From the NCBI GenBank assembly GCA_963715985.1, contig CAVQSP010000017.1, positions 32,001 through 96,000 on the forward strand: a stretch of DNA of 64,000 nucleotides, in the 5' to 3' direction. A program made the position numbers and the translations under genes. How positions within the stretch are numbered: position 1 is the stretch's first letter; each line of letters starts with the position of its first letter. The DNA comes from an uncultured Thermoleophilia bacterium. GTDB lineage: Bacteria > Actinomycetota > Thermoleophilia > UBA2241. The notes under the pieces were generated by a model. That model was given only the letters and a program-made list of their open reading frames with translations, ran no database searches and had not been told where the DNA came from. This document shows, in pieces, positions 9,425-19,365 of this stretch.

Positions 9425-10234
9425 GTGAGAGAGCTACGACTCGGCGGCCTGCGGATCGCCTACACGCAGGCGGGTGACGGCCCGCCACTCGTCCTGCTGC
9501 ATGGCGGCATGGAGGACAGCCGCACGTGGCGCCGGCAGGTGGACGGTCTCGCGGACGAGTTCACCGTGCTGGCCTGGGACGCGCCCGGCTGCGGCCGATC
9601 CTCGGATGTGCAGGAGAGCTGGCGTATGCCTGAGTATGCGGACGCGCTGGCCTCGTGGCTCCGCGCCACGGGGATCGAACGCCCACACGTCCTCGGCCTC
9701 TCCTGGGGAAGCTCCCTGGCGCTCGAGCTGTACCGGCGGCATCCGCACGTGCCTGCGTCGCTCATCCTGGCCTCGGCCTATGCAGGATGGGCGGGCTCCC
9801 TCTCTGCGGAAGAGACCGCGGGACGCCTCGAGGGCATCCTCGCCGTGGCCGACCTGCCACTCGAGGAGGTGCTCGAGGCAGTCCCCGGGGTGCTCAGCGC
9901 CGGTGCCCCATCGGGCCTGCTTGAAGAGCTGACGGCCATGTGGGCGGACAACACGGGCAGCAGGAAGCCCGGCGGATTCCGGGCCATGGCGCACGCGATG
10001 GCGGAGGCGGACCTCCGCGACGTCCTTCCCCGGATCGAGGTCCCGGTGCTCCTGCTGTACGGAGAGCTCGATCAGCGATCGCCGCTGAAGGTCGCCCACG
10101 AACTCAACGAGCGGATCCCCGCGTCGAAACTCGTCATCATCAGGGGCGTCGGTCACGCGGCGAACGTGGAGGCACCGGAGGAGTTCAACGCACACGTGCG
10201 GACGTTCATCCGGTCGGTCATTCGGAGCCCGTGA
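9425..10234 (+). CDS. Alpha/beta fold hydrolase
   Basis: LVLLHGG, WDAPGCGRS, GLSWG nucleophile, GH..NVE. Confidence 0.9.
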   Translation: MRELRLGGLRIAYTQAGDGPPLVLLHGGMEDSRTWRRQVDGLADEFTVLAWDAPGCGRSSDVQESWRMPEYADALASWLRATGIERPHVLGLSWGSSLALELYRRHPHVPASLILASAYAGWAGSLSAEETAGRLEGILAVADLPLEEVLEAVPGVLSAGAPSGLLEELTAMWADNTGSRKPGGFRAMAHAMAEADLRDVLPRIEVPVLLLYGELDQRSPLKVAHELNERIPASKLVIIRGVGHAANVEAPEEFNAHVRTFIRSVIRSP

Positions 10235-10518
10235 TCCCTGGGCTGCAGTCCATATGGTGTCGGCTCTGCCGCCGGCATCTGCGCCGACGCACAAGCTGGG
10301 CTACCGGATCGAGGGACGGGAAGCAGCGAGGCGAGGAGGGTCAGGAGCTCGCTGCGGCACGGGCAGCAGGCGCCACAGGCAGGCGACTGGCCTGGTCCAC
10401 GGACCACGCCGCACCGACAAACAGCCGCCGCCGTGTGTTCGAGGCGTCGGTGGGTTGGTCGCCCGAGCCGGACCGGCGATCAGGTGTGGTCCGTCAGCGG
10501 CCGCCGACGTTGCCGACG

Positions 10519-10566
10519 GCCGAGGCCGAGGGCGCTGGATGACTTCCAGACGCCCTCGGCCTCGGC
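10519..10566. terminator. Long GC-rich hairpin between convergent genes
   Basis: GCCGAGGCCGAGGGCG ... CGCCCTCGGCCTCGGC perfect 16-bp arms. Confidence 0.6.
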
Positions 10567-10638
10567 GGCTTCTCGGTGGTCGCGACTCTCAGGCCGCGGA
10601 CACGACGCATGTCCGCGCGGCCCGCGGCCCGACGCTTG

Positions 10639-11373
10639 TCACGCCGCCGGTCGCAGCTCGCTCTTGGGAGCGGTCGTGGAGGCGGGCTCGACGGACTTGA
10701 CGGGCTCGAAGCCGAGCTGCCGCAGACCAGCCGCCCGGAACCCCTTGACGACGAGGTAGACGCCCAGCGAGAACTCCCACACAGCGATCGGGAGTGCGCC
10801 GAGCCCCGACAACCCGGAGCCATACTCGTTGTAGCCGAACAACGTGGCCATGGTTGACGCGATGAGCAGCGGCGCGCCGATGAAGCCCAGCACGGGAAGG
10901 ATGCGCGGGACGAGGCGCGACTGGTAGAGCAGGGAACCGAGCAGCAGCGCGTTCACGGCCGGGATGAGACTCTGTGAGAGGGTGAACGTCCAGTCATGCA
11001 GGCCGACCAGCGTCTGGCCGGTGGCCAGCGCACTCGCCCCGGCTCCGGCCTGCCGCAGGGTCACGACCGCGAGGAGGACGAAGACGCCGGCGAAGATGGC
11101 GCCGGCCTCCAGGGTGCGGGTGGCGACGAAGCCCAGCGCGACCCCTTCGTTCTGCCGTTTGACCACCGGGAAGAGCGCGACGGCGGTGCCGATGCCGGCG
11201 AGCGCCACGATGATCTCCAGGACGCTGCCGACGTACACGCTGGTGTCCGGCCCGGAGCCGACGATGTAGTTCGCCCCACGCACGGCGTTGTAGAGAAACA
11301 GGGTCGGGATCGAGACGAAGGTGAGCAGGTAGAGCAAGCCCGCGGTCAGCGAGATCTTTCTGGTCGAAGTCAT
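10639..11373 (-). CDS. DUF4386 family membrane protein
   Basis: AGLLYLLTFVSIP..LEIIVALAGIGTAVALFPV..LYQSRLVPR..WEFSLGVYLVVKGF. Confidence 0.85.
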   Translation of the reverse strand: MTSTRKISLTAGLLYLLTFVSIPTLFLYNAVRGANYIVGSGPDTSVYVGSVLEIIVALAGIGTAVALFPVVKRQNEGVALGFVATRTLEAGAIFAGVFVLLAVVTLRQAGAGASALATGQTLVGLHDWTFTLSQSLIPAVNALLLGSLLYQSRLVPRILPVLGFIGAPLLIASTMATLFGYNEYGSGLSGLGALPIAVWEFSLGVYLVVKGFRAAGLRQLGFEPVKSVEPASTTAPKSELRPAA

Positions 11374-11679
11374 CTTGATCAACTCCCACGATCGGCTCTT
11401 GATCGAGCCGACGATTGCGATAATCGAACATACTGTGATATTAGGACATATAGTGGAGGAAAACCCCCAAAGTACTCGGGGATAGTTCAGCGTGCCCCGT
11501 GTGACACACGCCGAACCCAACGGGCGGTATGTGGGGATGGCCCGCCGCATTCCTTGACAGCCGCTGGCCTCGAGTCCCCGCAACAGGATCGCACGCGCTC
11601 GGGGACGGCAAGGAGAGGCGATACCCTGTTCCAAGTACGACTCTCGTCCGTCGGCGCCGCCCGACCCGAGCCTCACGCA

Positions 11680-11930
11680 ACCGGCCCGGTGGTGGATCTG
11701 CGCGACGAGCTCGACGGCCACACCGTGAGCTCCACATCGCCCCTCGAGGACATCGACGCGACGCCCTTCATGAAGGGGCTTCCGGACGATCGCTGCCGGT
11801 GCCCGCCTTGGGGCTGCGTCTTCATGGGCAAGATGACTGCTCGGCACGCCGACCGCGAGGAGGTCTACGAGGCCGGCGACGAGTTCTTGTGGTTCAGCCC
11901 CAGCGAAGAGCTGCGCGCGGCCGAGGGCCC
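11680..11930 (+). pseudogene. Cupin-domain protein remnant
   Basis: EDIDATPFMKGLPDDRCRCPPWG..EEVYEAGD directly joined to EFLWFSP; the FYxPPGH segment usual in this family is missing. Confidence 0.55.
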
Positions 11931-12165
11931 GAGCCTTCACGCCTCGCTCTCATGCAGCGGACCTGCGCCTGCCGCCGGTGGCCGTTGCGTCCCTGTCGTC
12001 TTCCGCGTCAGCGTGACGCGGTCCTCACCCCGGAGGTCAGTGGTTCGGATCCACGTACGCCCACCAGCACGGCCGGCCCGCCGGCCGAGCATGGCGCACG
12101 TTTCCCGGGCTCTCGTCGGTGGAACGTGACGTGTGACGGCACCAGCGCGAAGACGGAGGGCTCTG

Positions 12166-13395
12166 GTGGAGTACTACCAAGTGGCGGTCGTGGGCGCCGG
12201 GCAGGCGGGCTTGGCCGTGAGCCACGAGCTCACCCTCGCGGGCGTCCATCACGTCGTGCTCGAGCGAGGGCGCATCGGCGATACCTGGCGCCACCGCTGG
12301 GACAGCTTCTGTCTCGTGACGCCCAACTGGAGCGTTCAGCTCCCCGGCTTCCCTTACGACGGGGACGACCCCGATGGGTTCATGGTGCGCGACGACATCG
12401 TCGCGTACCTGGAACGCTACGCGCGCGACTTCGGCGCTCCGGTGCGTGAGGGCGTCGAGGTCGACTCGGTGAGGCGCCGGGCGGGGGGTGGCTTCATCCT
12501 GCACACGAGCTCCGGGTCTCTGAGCGTCGCCACGCTCGTGCTCGCGACCGGTGCCTATCAGCGGCCGCACCGTATCGCCGGGGCGGAGTCGCTGCCGCCC
12601 GGCCTGCTGCAGCTGGACGCCGCGGGCTACAGCGATCCCGGCGCCCTGCCGGCCGGCGACGTCCTGGTGGTCGGCAGCGGCCAGACGGGCGCGCAGCTCG
12701 CGGAGGAGCTGCACGCGGCGGGACGCCGCGTGTACCTCTCGTGTGGTCGTGCGCCGTGGGCCGCACGGCGACTGGCGGGTCGAGACATCGTCTGGTGGCT
12801 GGTGGAGTCCGGCTTCATGGATCAGTCGCCGGCGGCGCTGCCGTCGCCGGCCGCGCGGCTCATCTCGAACCCGCTCGCGACCGGCCATGACGGTGGCCAT
12901 GACCTCGACCTGCGCACGCTGCGCGCGATGGGCGTGACGCTGACCGGGCGCTTCCTGGGAGCGAACGGACGTGAGGCACGGTTCGCGCCCGACCTGCCCG
13001 AGAGCGTCGCCTGGGGGGACGCGCGCCATCGCGAGCTGATGGACCTCTTCCGCAGGACCGCGGCGGAGCGCGGCGTCGAGCCGCCGCCGGTCGCTGACCC
13101 CGAGCCGTTCGATCCCTCAGCGCCGGAGCGCGTCGACCTGTCCGGCTTCGGCGCCGTCATCTTCACGGGCGGCTTTCGCCCGGACTACCGCTCCTGGCTG
13201 CCCTGGCCGGACGCGTTCGACGATCTCGGCTTTCCCCTCCAGCGTGACGGCGAGAGCACGACGATCCCCGGGCTCTTCTTCCTCGGCGTCCACTTCCTGC
13301 GCAAACGCAAGTCCGCGCTGCTCCTGGGCGTCGGCGAGGATGCCTCGGTCGTCGCCGGGCGCATCGCACTGCGCGGCGAGCCAAGCTCGAGCTGA
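12166..13395 (+). CDS. Flavin-containing monooxygenase / FAD-NAD(P) oxidoreductase
   Basis: VVGAGQAG, WRHRWDSFCLVTPNW, VVGSGQTG. Confidence 0.9.
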   Translation: MEYYQVAVVGAGQAGLAVSHELTLAGVHHVVLERGRIGDTWRHRWDSFCLVTPNWSVQLPGFPYDGDDPDGFMVRDDIVAYLERYARDFGAPVREGVEVDSVRRRAGGGFILHTSSGSLSVATLVLATGAYQRPHRIAGAESLPPGLLQLDAAGYSDPGALPAGDVLVVGSGQTGAQLAEELHAAGRRVYLSCGRAPWAARRLAGRDIVWWLVESGFMDQSPAALPSPAARLISNPLATGHDGGHDLDLRTLRAMGVTLTGRFLGANGREARFAPDLPESVAWGDARHRELMDLFRRTAAERGVEPPPVADPEPFDPSAPERVDLSGFGAVIFTGGFRPDYRSWLPWPDAFDDLGFPLQRDGESTTIPGLFFLGVHFLRKRKSALLLGVGEDASVVAGRIALRGEPSSS

Positions 13396-13692
13396 CGGGC
13401 GCGCGAGGATCTCTGCGTCGCCGACGAGCGGCCTGCGCTCATCGAGGATGACGGATCCGAGCTCACCTTCGTGGAGACTGCCCCGCGGGCAGACGCCCCT
13501 CCGACGGGCTACTCCGTGCGGTGGCCGTAGCCGGTACCTGGTGCCGCGGCCCCGCCTTCTACCCTCGCCCTCCTCGCCAAGCCCCGCGCCATCGCGATAT
13601 GGTGCCCTCATGCCCGCCGACCTGATACCAGTCGAGGTCCGCGGCCTGACTGTGGTACGCCGGCTGTACGGCGACGGACGCCGGCGTCGGAG

Positions 13693-14208
13693 ATGAGTCG
13701 GCGCTTCTCACGAACCTCGTCTCGCCGCGCGCTGCGATGGCCCGCCGGGCGGGCGGCGGCCACGAGGCTGCTCGTTGCGATGCTGGCGCCGGTCTTGCTT
13801 GTCTCGCTGGCAGGTTGCGGCGGCGCGACGCCGGGCGACGAGGCCGCGAGCGGCGGTGAGGTGGCGCCGGGTGAAGGTGACGCGAAGCTGGCCACGGCCT
13901 TCAGAGACCGCCTCAACGACCTGCAGGTGCGGGGCCGCGGCACCGTGGTGAGAGTGCTCGACGACGACACCGATGGCGACCGCCACCAGCGCTTCATCCT
14001 CCGTCTGGAGTCCGGTCAGACCCTGCTCGTGGCGCACAACATCGACGTGGCGCCGCGCGTCGACGGCCTGTATCTGGGCGACAGCGTCTCCTTCTGCGGG
14101 GTCTACGAGTGGAGCGCCGAGGGAGGCACCGTCCACTGGACCCATCACGACCCCGACGGCATGCACGCGCCCGGGTGGCTCTTCCACGGCGGGGAGACCT
14201 ACCAGTAG
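13693..14208 (+). CDS. DUF3465 domain lipoprotein
   Basis: LAGCGG lipobox; DDTDGDRHQRFIL..AHNID..HWTHHDP. Confidence 0.85.
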   Translation: MSRRFSRTSSRRALRWPAGRAAATRLLVAMLAPVLLVSLAGCGGATPGDEAASGGEVAPGEGDAKLATAFRDRLNDLQVRGRGTVVRVLDDDTDGDRHQRFILRLESGQTLLVAHNIDVAPRVDGLYLGDSVSFCGVYEWSAEGGTVHWTHHDPDGMHAPGWLFHGGETYQ

Positions 14209-14412
14209 GCACGCAGCGGGCGGCCGATCGGTGTGCTCTTACCGGGTCGGCTTGATCGAGGTGCGGGCCGTCCGCCGCGGCGCCATATCCCCGGTCCTCC
14301 GAGCGCACGCACTTGCCCGAGCTCGCGGCGCGCGCTACGCTCCGATGACCCCGGCGCGCACACGTGGCCGGCAGACCCGAACCGCGCTCGGTCCGCCGGC
14401 GGCGGACGCGCG

Positions 14413-15669
14413 ATGAGCCTCCTGGGTGAAGGGAAGACGGTGCAGGCCGGAGCCCGCAGCGATCTCGACGTCGCTACCGAACGCTTTGCCTTGGCCAAGG
14501 TCCTGGTCGCCAACCCGAACATGCTTCGCGTGAAGCCCGGGGCCGGCCTCTTCCTCGCCCGCTACATGCGCCGCTTCGAGGTCAAGCGGGTGGGACGCAA
14601 CCTGATCCTGCATTCGCACCTGCCGCCGCTCACCAGTGCGGCATACTCGCGCTTTGTCGCGGAGCATCTGGTGGCACGCGTGCCCGGCCCCTCGCACGCG
14701 CAAGTCGGGCTCACCAACGCGTGCCCCCAGGACTGCGAGTACTGCTACAACAAGCAGCGTGACGGCCGGCCGATGGACACGAGCACCATCCTGGGGGTCA
14801 TCGACGACCTCAAGAGGATGGGGGTCGTTTGGCTGGGATTCACGGGCGGAGAGCCCCTTCTGAACCCCGACATCGTCAAGATCACGGCGCACGCCGCAGG
14901 CGACTGCGCGGTCAAGCTCTTCACCACGGGGTGCGGGCTCACTCCCGAGCTGGCGCGGGAGCTGGCCGAGGCCGGCATGTTCTCCGTCGCCGTCAGCCTC
15001 GACCACTGGGAAGCGGCACGACATGATGCGGCGCGCCGCTACGCCGGCGCCTTCGAGACTGCCCTGCGCGCCATCGCGATGTTCAAGCGGGTGCCCGGTC
15101 TGCACGTGAGCGTGTCGGCCGTCGTGAGTCGCGAGATGATCCACAACGGCGACGTCGCGCGACTCCTCGCCTTCCTTCAGTCGCTCGCCGTCGACGAGGC
15201 CTGGCTCAGCGAAGTGAAGCCCTCCATCGAGGCACTGTGGCGCGACGAGCTGGTGATCACCGAGGAGGAGCGGCTGCTGCTGGCCGCGATGCAGGACGCC
15301 TACAACCGTCGCGGCGGCATGACCGTGAACTACCTCGGCCACTTCGAAGGGGCCGAGACGTTCGGCTGCAACGCCGGCTGCAAGATGGTGTACGTCGACG
15401 CCTTCGGTGACGTCAGCCCCTGCGTGTTCCTGCCCATGGTGTTCGGCAACGTGCGTGAACGTCCGCTCGCCGACCTCGTGGGCGAGATGCGCGCCTCGTT
15501 CCCGGGCGAAGCCCGCTGCTTCATGAACAAGAACTTCCGCCACCTGGGCCAGGCCGGTGGCACGCTGCCACTCGATGGCGAGCGCTCTCGCGCGGTGCTC
15601 CGAGGTGTCACGTTCGGGTCGCCGTCGGCGTTCAACCAGAGGCTGTTCGGTGCTCGGAGCGGGTCATAG
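14413..15669 (+). CDS. Radical SAM protein with SPASM/twitch-like C-terminus
   Basis: CPQDCEYC, FTGGEPLL, GCNAG..YVDAFGDVSPC..FGNVRE. Confidence 0.9.
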   Translation: MSLLGEGKTVQAGARSDLDVATERFALAKVLVANPNMLRVKPGAGLFLARYMRRFEVKRVGRNLILHSHLPPLTSAAYSRFVAEHLVARVPGPSHAQVGLTNACPQDCEYCYNKQRDGRPMDTSTILGVIDDLKRMGVVWLGFTGGEPLLNPDIVKITAHAAGDCAVKLFTTGCGLTPELARELAEAGMFSVAVSLDHWEAARHDAARRYAGAFETALRAIAMFKRVPGLHVSVSAVVSREMIHNGDVARLLAFLQSLAVDEAWLSEVKPSIEALWRDELVITEEERLLLAAMQDAYNRRGGMTVNYLGHFEGAETFGCNAGCKMVYVDAFGDVSPCVFLPMVFGNVRERPLADLVGEMRASFPGEARCFMNKNFRHLGQAGGTLPLDGERSRAVLRGVTFGSPSAFNQRLFGARSGS

Positions 15670-15688
15670 ACGTGCTGGGCGAGGATCG

Positions 15689-16108
15689 TTGACCCGGCTT
15701 CGGCTCGTGCGGGTCTCCGGGGCCGGCCTCGCGGTCACGTTCGCGGTGGTGGGCGTGCTCTTCCTGCTCATCCCTACGGGCGTGCTTGCCGCCTTCAACT
15801 GGCTGGCCCGTCAGTTGGGCTGGCCGGAGACGACGACCGAGCCGTACACGCTCTATCTCGCCTTGGCGCTCGCCTACATGTACGTGGTCACGGTGCTGGC
15901 CCTGCAGATGGCGCGCCATCCTGCGGAGCGCATCTATCCGTGGGTGCTCGTGCAGGCTAAGGCCGCCAGCGCACTGATCTGCATCGGTCTCTTCGCGCTG
16001 CAGGCGCACTATGTGATCTACCTCGCCAACTTCCTCGTCGACGGCGCGATCGCGGCGTTTGTGTGGTGGCTGTGCCTCAGAGGAGAGGCCGTCGAGGAAG
16101 TGTCGTGA
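15689..16108 (+). CDS. Four-TM membrane protein
   Basis: Hydrophobic helices; lies inside the operon. Confidence 0.7.
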   Translation: MTRLRLVRVSGAGLAVTFAVVGVLFLLIPTGVLAAFNWLARQLGWPETTTEPYTLYLALALAYMYVVTVLALQMARHPAERIYPWVLVQAKAASALICIGLFALQAHYVIYLANFLVDGAIAAFVWWLCLRGEAVEEVS

Positions 16109-16112
16109 CGCG

Positions 16113-16664
16113 ATGACGCTTCGCCTGGCTCTGGTCAAGCACGTCGCGCCCGAGCGCCTCAAGATGAGCTTGCTCGATGAGCTGGCGCTCGTCACCGCCG
16201 ATGGCTTCGGCTGTGCGCGGCCGCCGTGGACGGGCGAACGGTTCCAGGCGCGTCTGAGTGAGTACGCAAGGTTCACCGCGACAACTGCGGAGGACCTGTT
16301 GGCGGAGCACGACGCGGCCGCCATGGACGCCGTCAGGCAGCGACTGCGGAGAGGCGCTGCGCGACTCGGCGGCAAGCTGCGGCGGCAGCTGGGAGTGCGT
16401 AGTCACGACGACGCCGTCGACGCGCTGGCCGTGCTCTACCACCATCTCGGCATAGAGATGAAGGCGGGCCGCCCCGGCGAGATCGTCGTCACCAGGTGCC
16501 GGTTCTCCGGCGCCTTCAGCGAGGCTGTCTGTCGCCTGGTGGCCGGGCTCGACGAGGGCATGGCTGCCGGCCTCTCCGGCGGCGGCAGGCTCGAGTTCGT
16601 CGAGCGCATCTCGGCCGGCAGCCCGTGCTGCCGAGCGCGCTTCCTGCCTGCCGGCCGGCCGTGA
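16113..16664 (+). CDS. Hypothetical protein, V4R/ATC-hydrolase-like fold
   Basis: VTRCRFS..VCRLVAGLDEG..ISAGSPCC Cys pattern. Confidence 0.6.
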   Translation: MTLRLALVKHVAPERLKMSLLDELALVTADGFGCARPPWTGERFQARLSEYARFTATTAEDLLAEHDAAAMDAVRQRLRRGAARLGGKLRRQLGVRSHDDAVDALAVLYHHLGIEMKAGRPGEIVVTRCRFSGAFSEAVCRLVAGLDEGMAAGLSGGGRLEFVERISAGSPCCRARFLPAGRP

Positions 16665-17965
16665 AGACCGCGATCGTCGTCGGCAGCGGAGCCGGCGGAG
16701 CCACGGCGGCCCGCGAACTGCAGGGTGCTTTCGACGTGACGGTCGTGGAGGAAGGCCCCGAGTTCCGCCCGTTCGAGCGCGACCTGGCTCGCCTCGAACG
16801 CCTGCGCGCCACACGGCTGTTTCTCGACGAGCGCATGATCCGCCTGCTCTTCCCCGCGATGCACGTGACTATGGCGGCGGATCACATGAGCCTCGTCACC
16901 GGCGTCGCCACCGGCGGCACGACGACGCTGGCCACCGGCAACGCGCTGCGCTGTGACGAAGCGCTTCGCGATCTCGGCATCGATCTCGACGCCGAGTTCG
17001 CGGAGTTGCAGGCGGAGTTACCGATCTCCACGGCGCACGAGGGCCGCTGGCGCCCCGCGACCAGGGATCTGTTCGCGGCCTGCGAAGCGCTCGGTCTCGG
17101 GCCTCAGGTGACGCCCAAGCTGGTCGACTACGGCCGTTGCAGGCGCTGCGGGCGATGTGTGCTCGGCTGTCCGAGCGGGGCCAAATGGGACAGCCGAGCG
17201 CTGCTGTCGCAAGCCGTAGCCGGAGGCGCGCACCTCGTCACGCGCTCGCGAGTGGAGCGTCTTGCCGTAGCGCCCGGCGCACCGGGTCGGTCGCGCGTGA
17301 CGGGCGTGTACGTGCGTCGGCGTGGCAAGAAGGAGTTGCTGCCGGCTGACCTCGTGGTCCTCGCGGCCGGGGGACTCGGCACTCCCGCGATCCTGGAGCG
17401 TTCGGGCATTCGCACCGAGAACCGCTTGTTCGTCGATCCGGTCCTCTGCGTCGCCGCGGCTCTCCCCGAGAGTGGTCTCGATCGCGAGTTCCCCATGCCG
17501 TTCTACATCGAGCGGGACGGCTACATCGTCTCGCCGTACTTCGACTACCTGAGCTTCTTCTTCGACCGCCGCTGGATGCGACCCGGCCGCGACATCGTGT
17601 CTCTCATGATCAAGCTCGCCGACACCGAGCTCGGCGTTGTCGACGGTGGTGGTGTGCACAAGGGTCTCACGGCCGGCGACCGCTTGCGTCTCCGCGAGGC
17701 CGGCGGACTCTGCACGGAGATCCTCGGGCGGCTTGGGGTGCAGCCCCGCGACGTGTTCCTCGGGTCTCTGAACGCGGGACACCCCGGCGGGACGCTACCG
17801 TTGACCGGCGAGGAGCGGGATGCTCTTCACGACGACCGCCTTCCGGCCAACCTGTACGTGGCCGACTCCTCACTGCTGCCGCGGTCGCTCGGCAGGCCGC
17901 CGATGCTCACGATCATGGCGCTCTCGCGCCGTGTAGGGCGCATGTGCCGCGAGCGCTTCGGCTGA
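16661..17965 (+). CDS. GMC-family FAD oxidoreductase with Cys cluster
   Basis: IVVGSGAGG, CRRCGRCVLGC, LAAGGLGTP, HPGGT, LYVADSS..PPMLTIMA. Confidence 0.88.
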   Translation: MKTAIVVGSGAGGATAARELQGAFDVTVVEEGPEFRPFERDLARLERLRATRLFLDERMIRLLFPAMHVTMAADHMSLVTGVATGGTTTLATGNALRCDEALRDLGIDLDAEFAELQAELPISTAHEGRWRPATRDLFAACEALGLGPQVTPKLVDYGRCRRCGRCVLGCPSGAKWDSRALLSQAVAGGAHLVTRSRVERLAVAPGAPGRSRVTGVYVRRRGKKELLPADLVVLAAGGLGTPAILERSGIRTENRLFVDPVLCVAAALPESGLDREFPMPFYIERDGYIVSPYFDYLSFFFDRRWMRPGRDIVSLMIKLADTELGVVDGGGVHKGLTAGDRLRLREAGGLCTEILGRLGVQPRDVFLGSLNAGHPGGTLPLTGEERDALHDDRLPANLYVADSSLLPRSLGRPPMLTIMALSRRVGRMCRERFG

Positions 17966-18072
17966 GCTGTGACTGTTGTCGTGCGCGACCCGAGCTACGC
18001 CCGGGCTGTGTGAAGCCGGGTCTCGCGCGCGACACCCGCTGTGCGCAGCGGTCTTACGGCCGGCCGGGCGCG

Positions 18073-18615
18073 TCAGTGCCCGTCAAGCGCGGCCTTCGCC
18101 GCGGCGCGGCGCAGGCCGTCACGGCGCCTGACGAGCGCCTCGCGATGCCATCTGATGCCGCAATCCTCGTCGTCTACGAGGCCGAGGTAGGTCGCAGACT
18201 CGATCTCCTCGAGGGCCTCGTCCATCCGGCCGTCGCTCCGCAGAACGAGGCTGAGGCGGTCGAAGGCACGCTGCAGGTCGCTCCGCACGTCCTGGCTGTC
18301 CAGCGGGATCTCGCTCGACTCCAGAAGCTCGAGGATGGTCTGGCGATAGAGCGCGATGGCGTGGGGCGCGTCGGTCTTCTCGCAACGACGTGCCTCTGAC
18401 TCATGGCGGGCGGCGGCGCCGACCCCGCGCGATGGCTCCGCACGTGGCGAACGCACCTCCTGGGGAGACACTACGACTGCCTGCTCGCTCTCGACCGACG
18501 CCGGTGGGGCCGCGGTCGTCGGCGAGGCTTCCCATGGGCGGGCGACGGTGCCGCAGACCGTGCAGAACGTCGCCGTGTCGCCCATCGAAAGGCCGCACTG
18601 TCGGCATGCTCTCAT
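18073..18615 (-). CDS. Zinc-ribbon protein with helical (TPR-like) C-terminus
   Basis: CRQC..FCTVCG N-terminus. Confidence 0.6.
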   Translation of the reverse strand: MRACRQCGLSMGDTATFCTVCGTVARPWEASPTTAAPPASVESEQAVVVSPQEVRSPRAEPSRGVGAAARHESEARRCEKTDAPHAIALYRQTILELLESSEIPLDSQDVRSDLQRAFDRLSLVLRSDGRMDEALEEIESATYLGLVDDEDCGIRWHREALVRRRDGLRRAAAKAALDGH

Positions 18616-18875
18616 GGTTGCTCCTGTGGTCACCCTGCCAGTATCGGCACGAAATCGAAAATGAAAAGCACGAACGCCTGGGCGAGGCTGAAGCCGAGCC
18701 GTCCTCCGGCCGCCGCAGCCTCCTTCCGCGTGCACGCGTGCAGACGTCGTCGCCGGGGAGAACTGAGGGTGGTTACAGCGATCGAAGCGGGTCCTTGCCT
18801 CTTCTTCCTCCACTCAGCTGCTGCGTGACGCAGGACAGCTCTCGTCAGTCGACAGGGAGGAAGAAGTGGTCTCCC

Positions 18876-19313
18876 GTGGCTGCCGCGCACCGACTTCGCC
18901 TCTCCGTACCCTCCGAGGCATCCCGGCTGCCGGCGGTGCGCCGTCAGGTGACGCTCTTCTTGCGCCTCCACGGAGTCCATGTGGAGGCGATCGATGACGT
19001 CGTGATCTGCGTGCACGAGGCCTGCGCCAACGCCGTGCACCACAGCAAGAGCCGCGCCGACGTCGTCATCGAGATGGCTCTCGACGCGAGGAGCGTCGAG
19101 GTCGTCGTCAGCGACAGCGGTTGCGGCCTCGATCTGGAGCAGTGCGACCCGCTGCGCGTGCCGGAGCTCCTCCGCCTGCGTGGTCGGGGCCTGTACCTGA
19201 TGGCCAAGCTCATGGACGAGTTCGAGATCAGCATCGACGGTGGCACCGAGATCCGCATGCGCAAGCGCCTGCCGCGCAGTGACGCGCGCGAGGGCTCGCC
19301 GGCAGACGCCTGA
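18876..19313 (+). CDS. Anti-sigma factor-like ATP-binding protein (HATPase_c_2)
   Basis: EACANAVHH, VSDSGCG, GRGLYLM..DGGTEI. Confidence 0.85.
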   Translation: MAAAHRLRLSVPSEASRLPAVRRQVTLFLRLHGVHVEAIDDVVICVHEACANAVHHSKSRADVVIEMALDARSVEVVVSDSGCGLDLEQCDPLRVPELLRLRGRGLYLMAKLMDEFEISIDGGTEIRMRKRLPRSDAREGSPADA

Positions 19314-19365
19314 ACGAGCGAGCGGACATCGCAGGCTCGTGGTGTCCGGCGCGCCAGAACACCCC

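Noticed and set aside
11400-11560. AT-richer stretch upstream of the DUF4386 gene as a riboswitch
   Set aside because: No recognisable aptamer consensus; more simply a promoter region.
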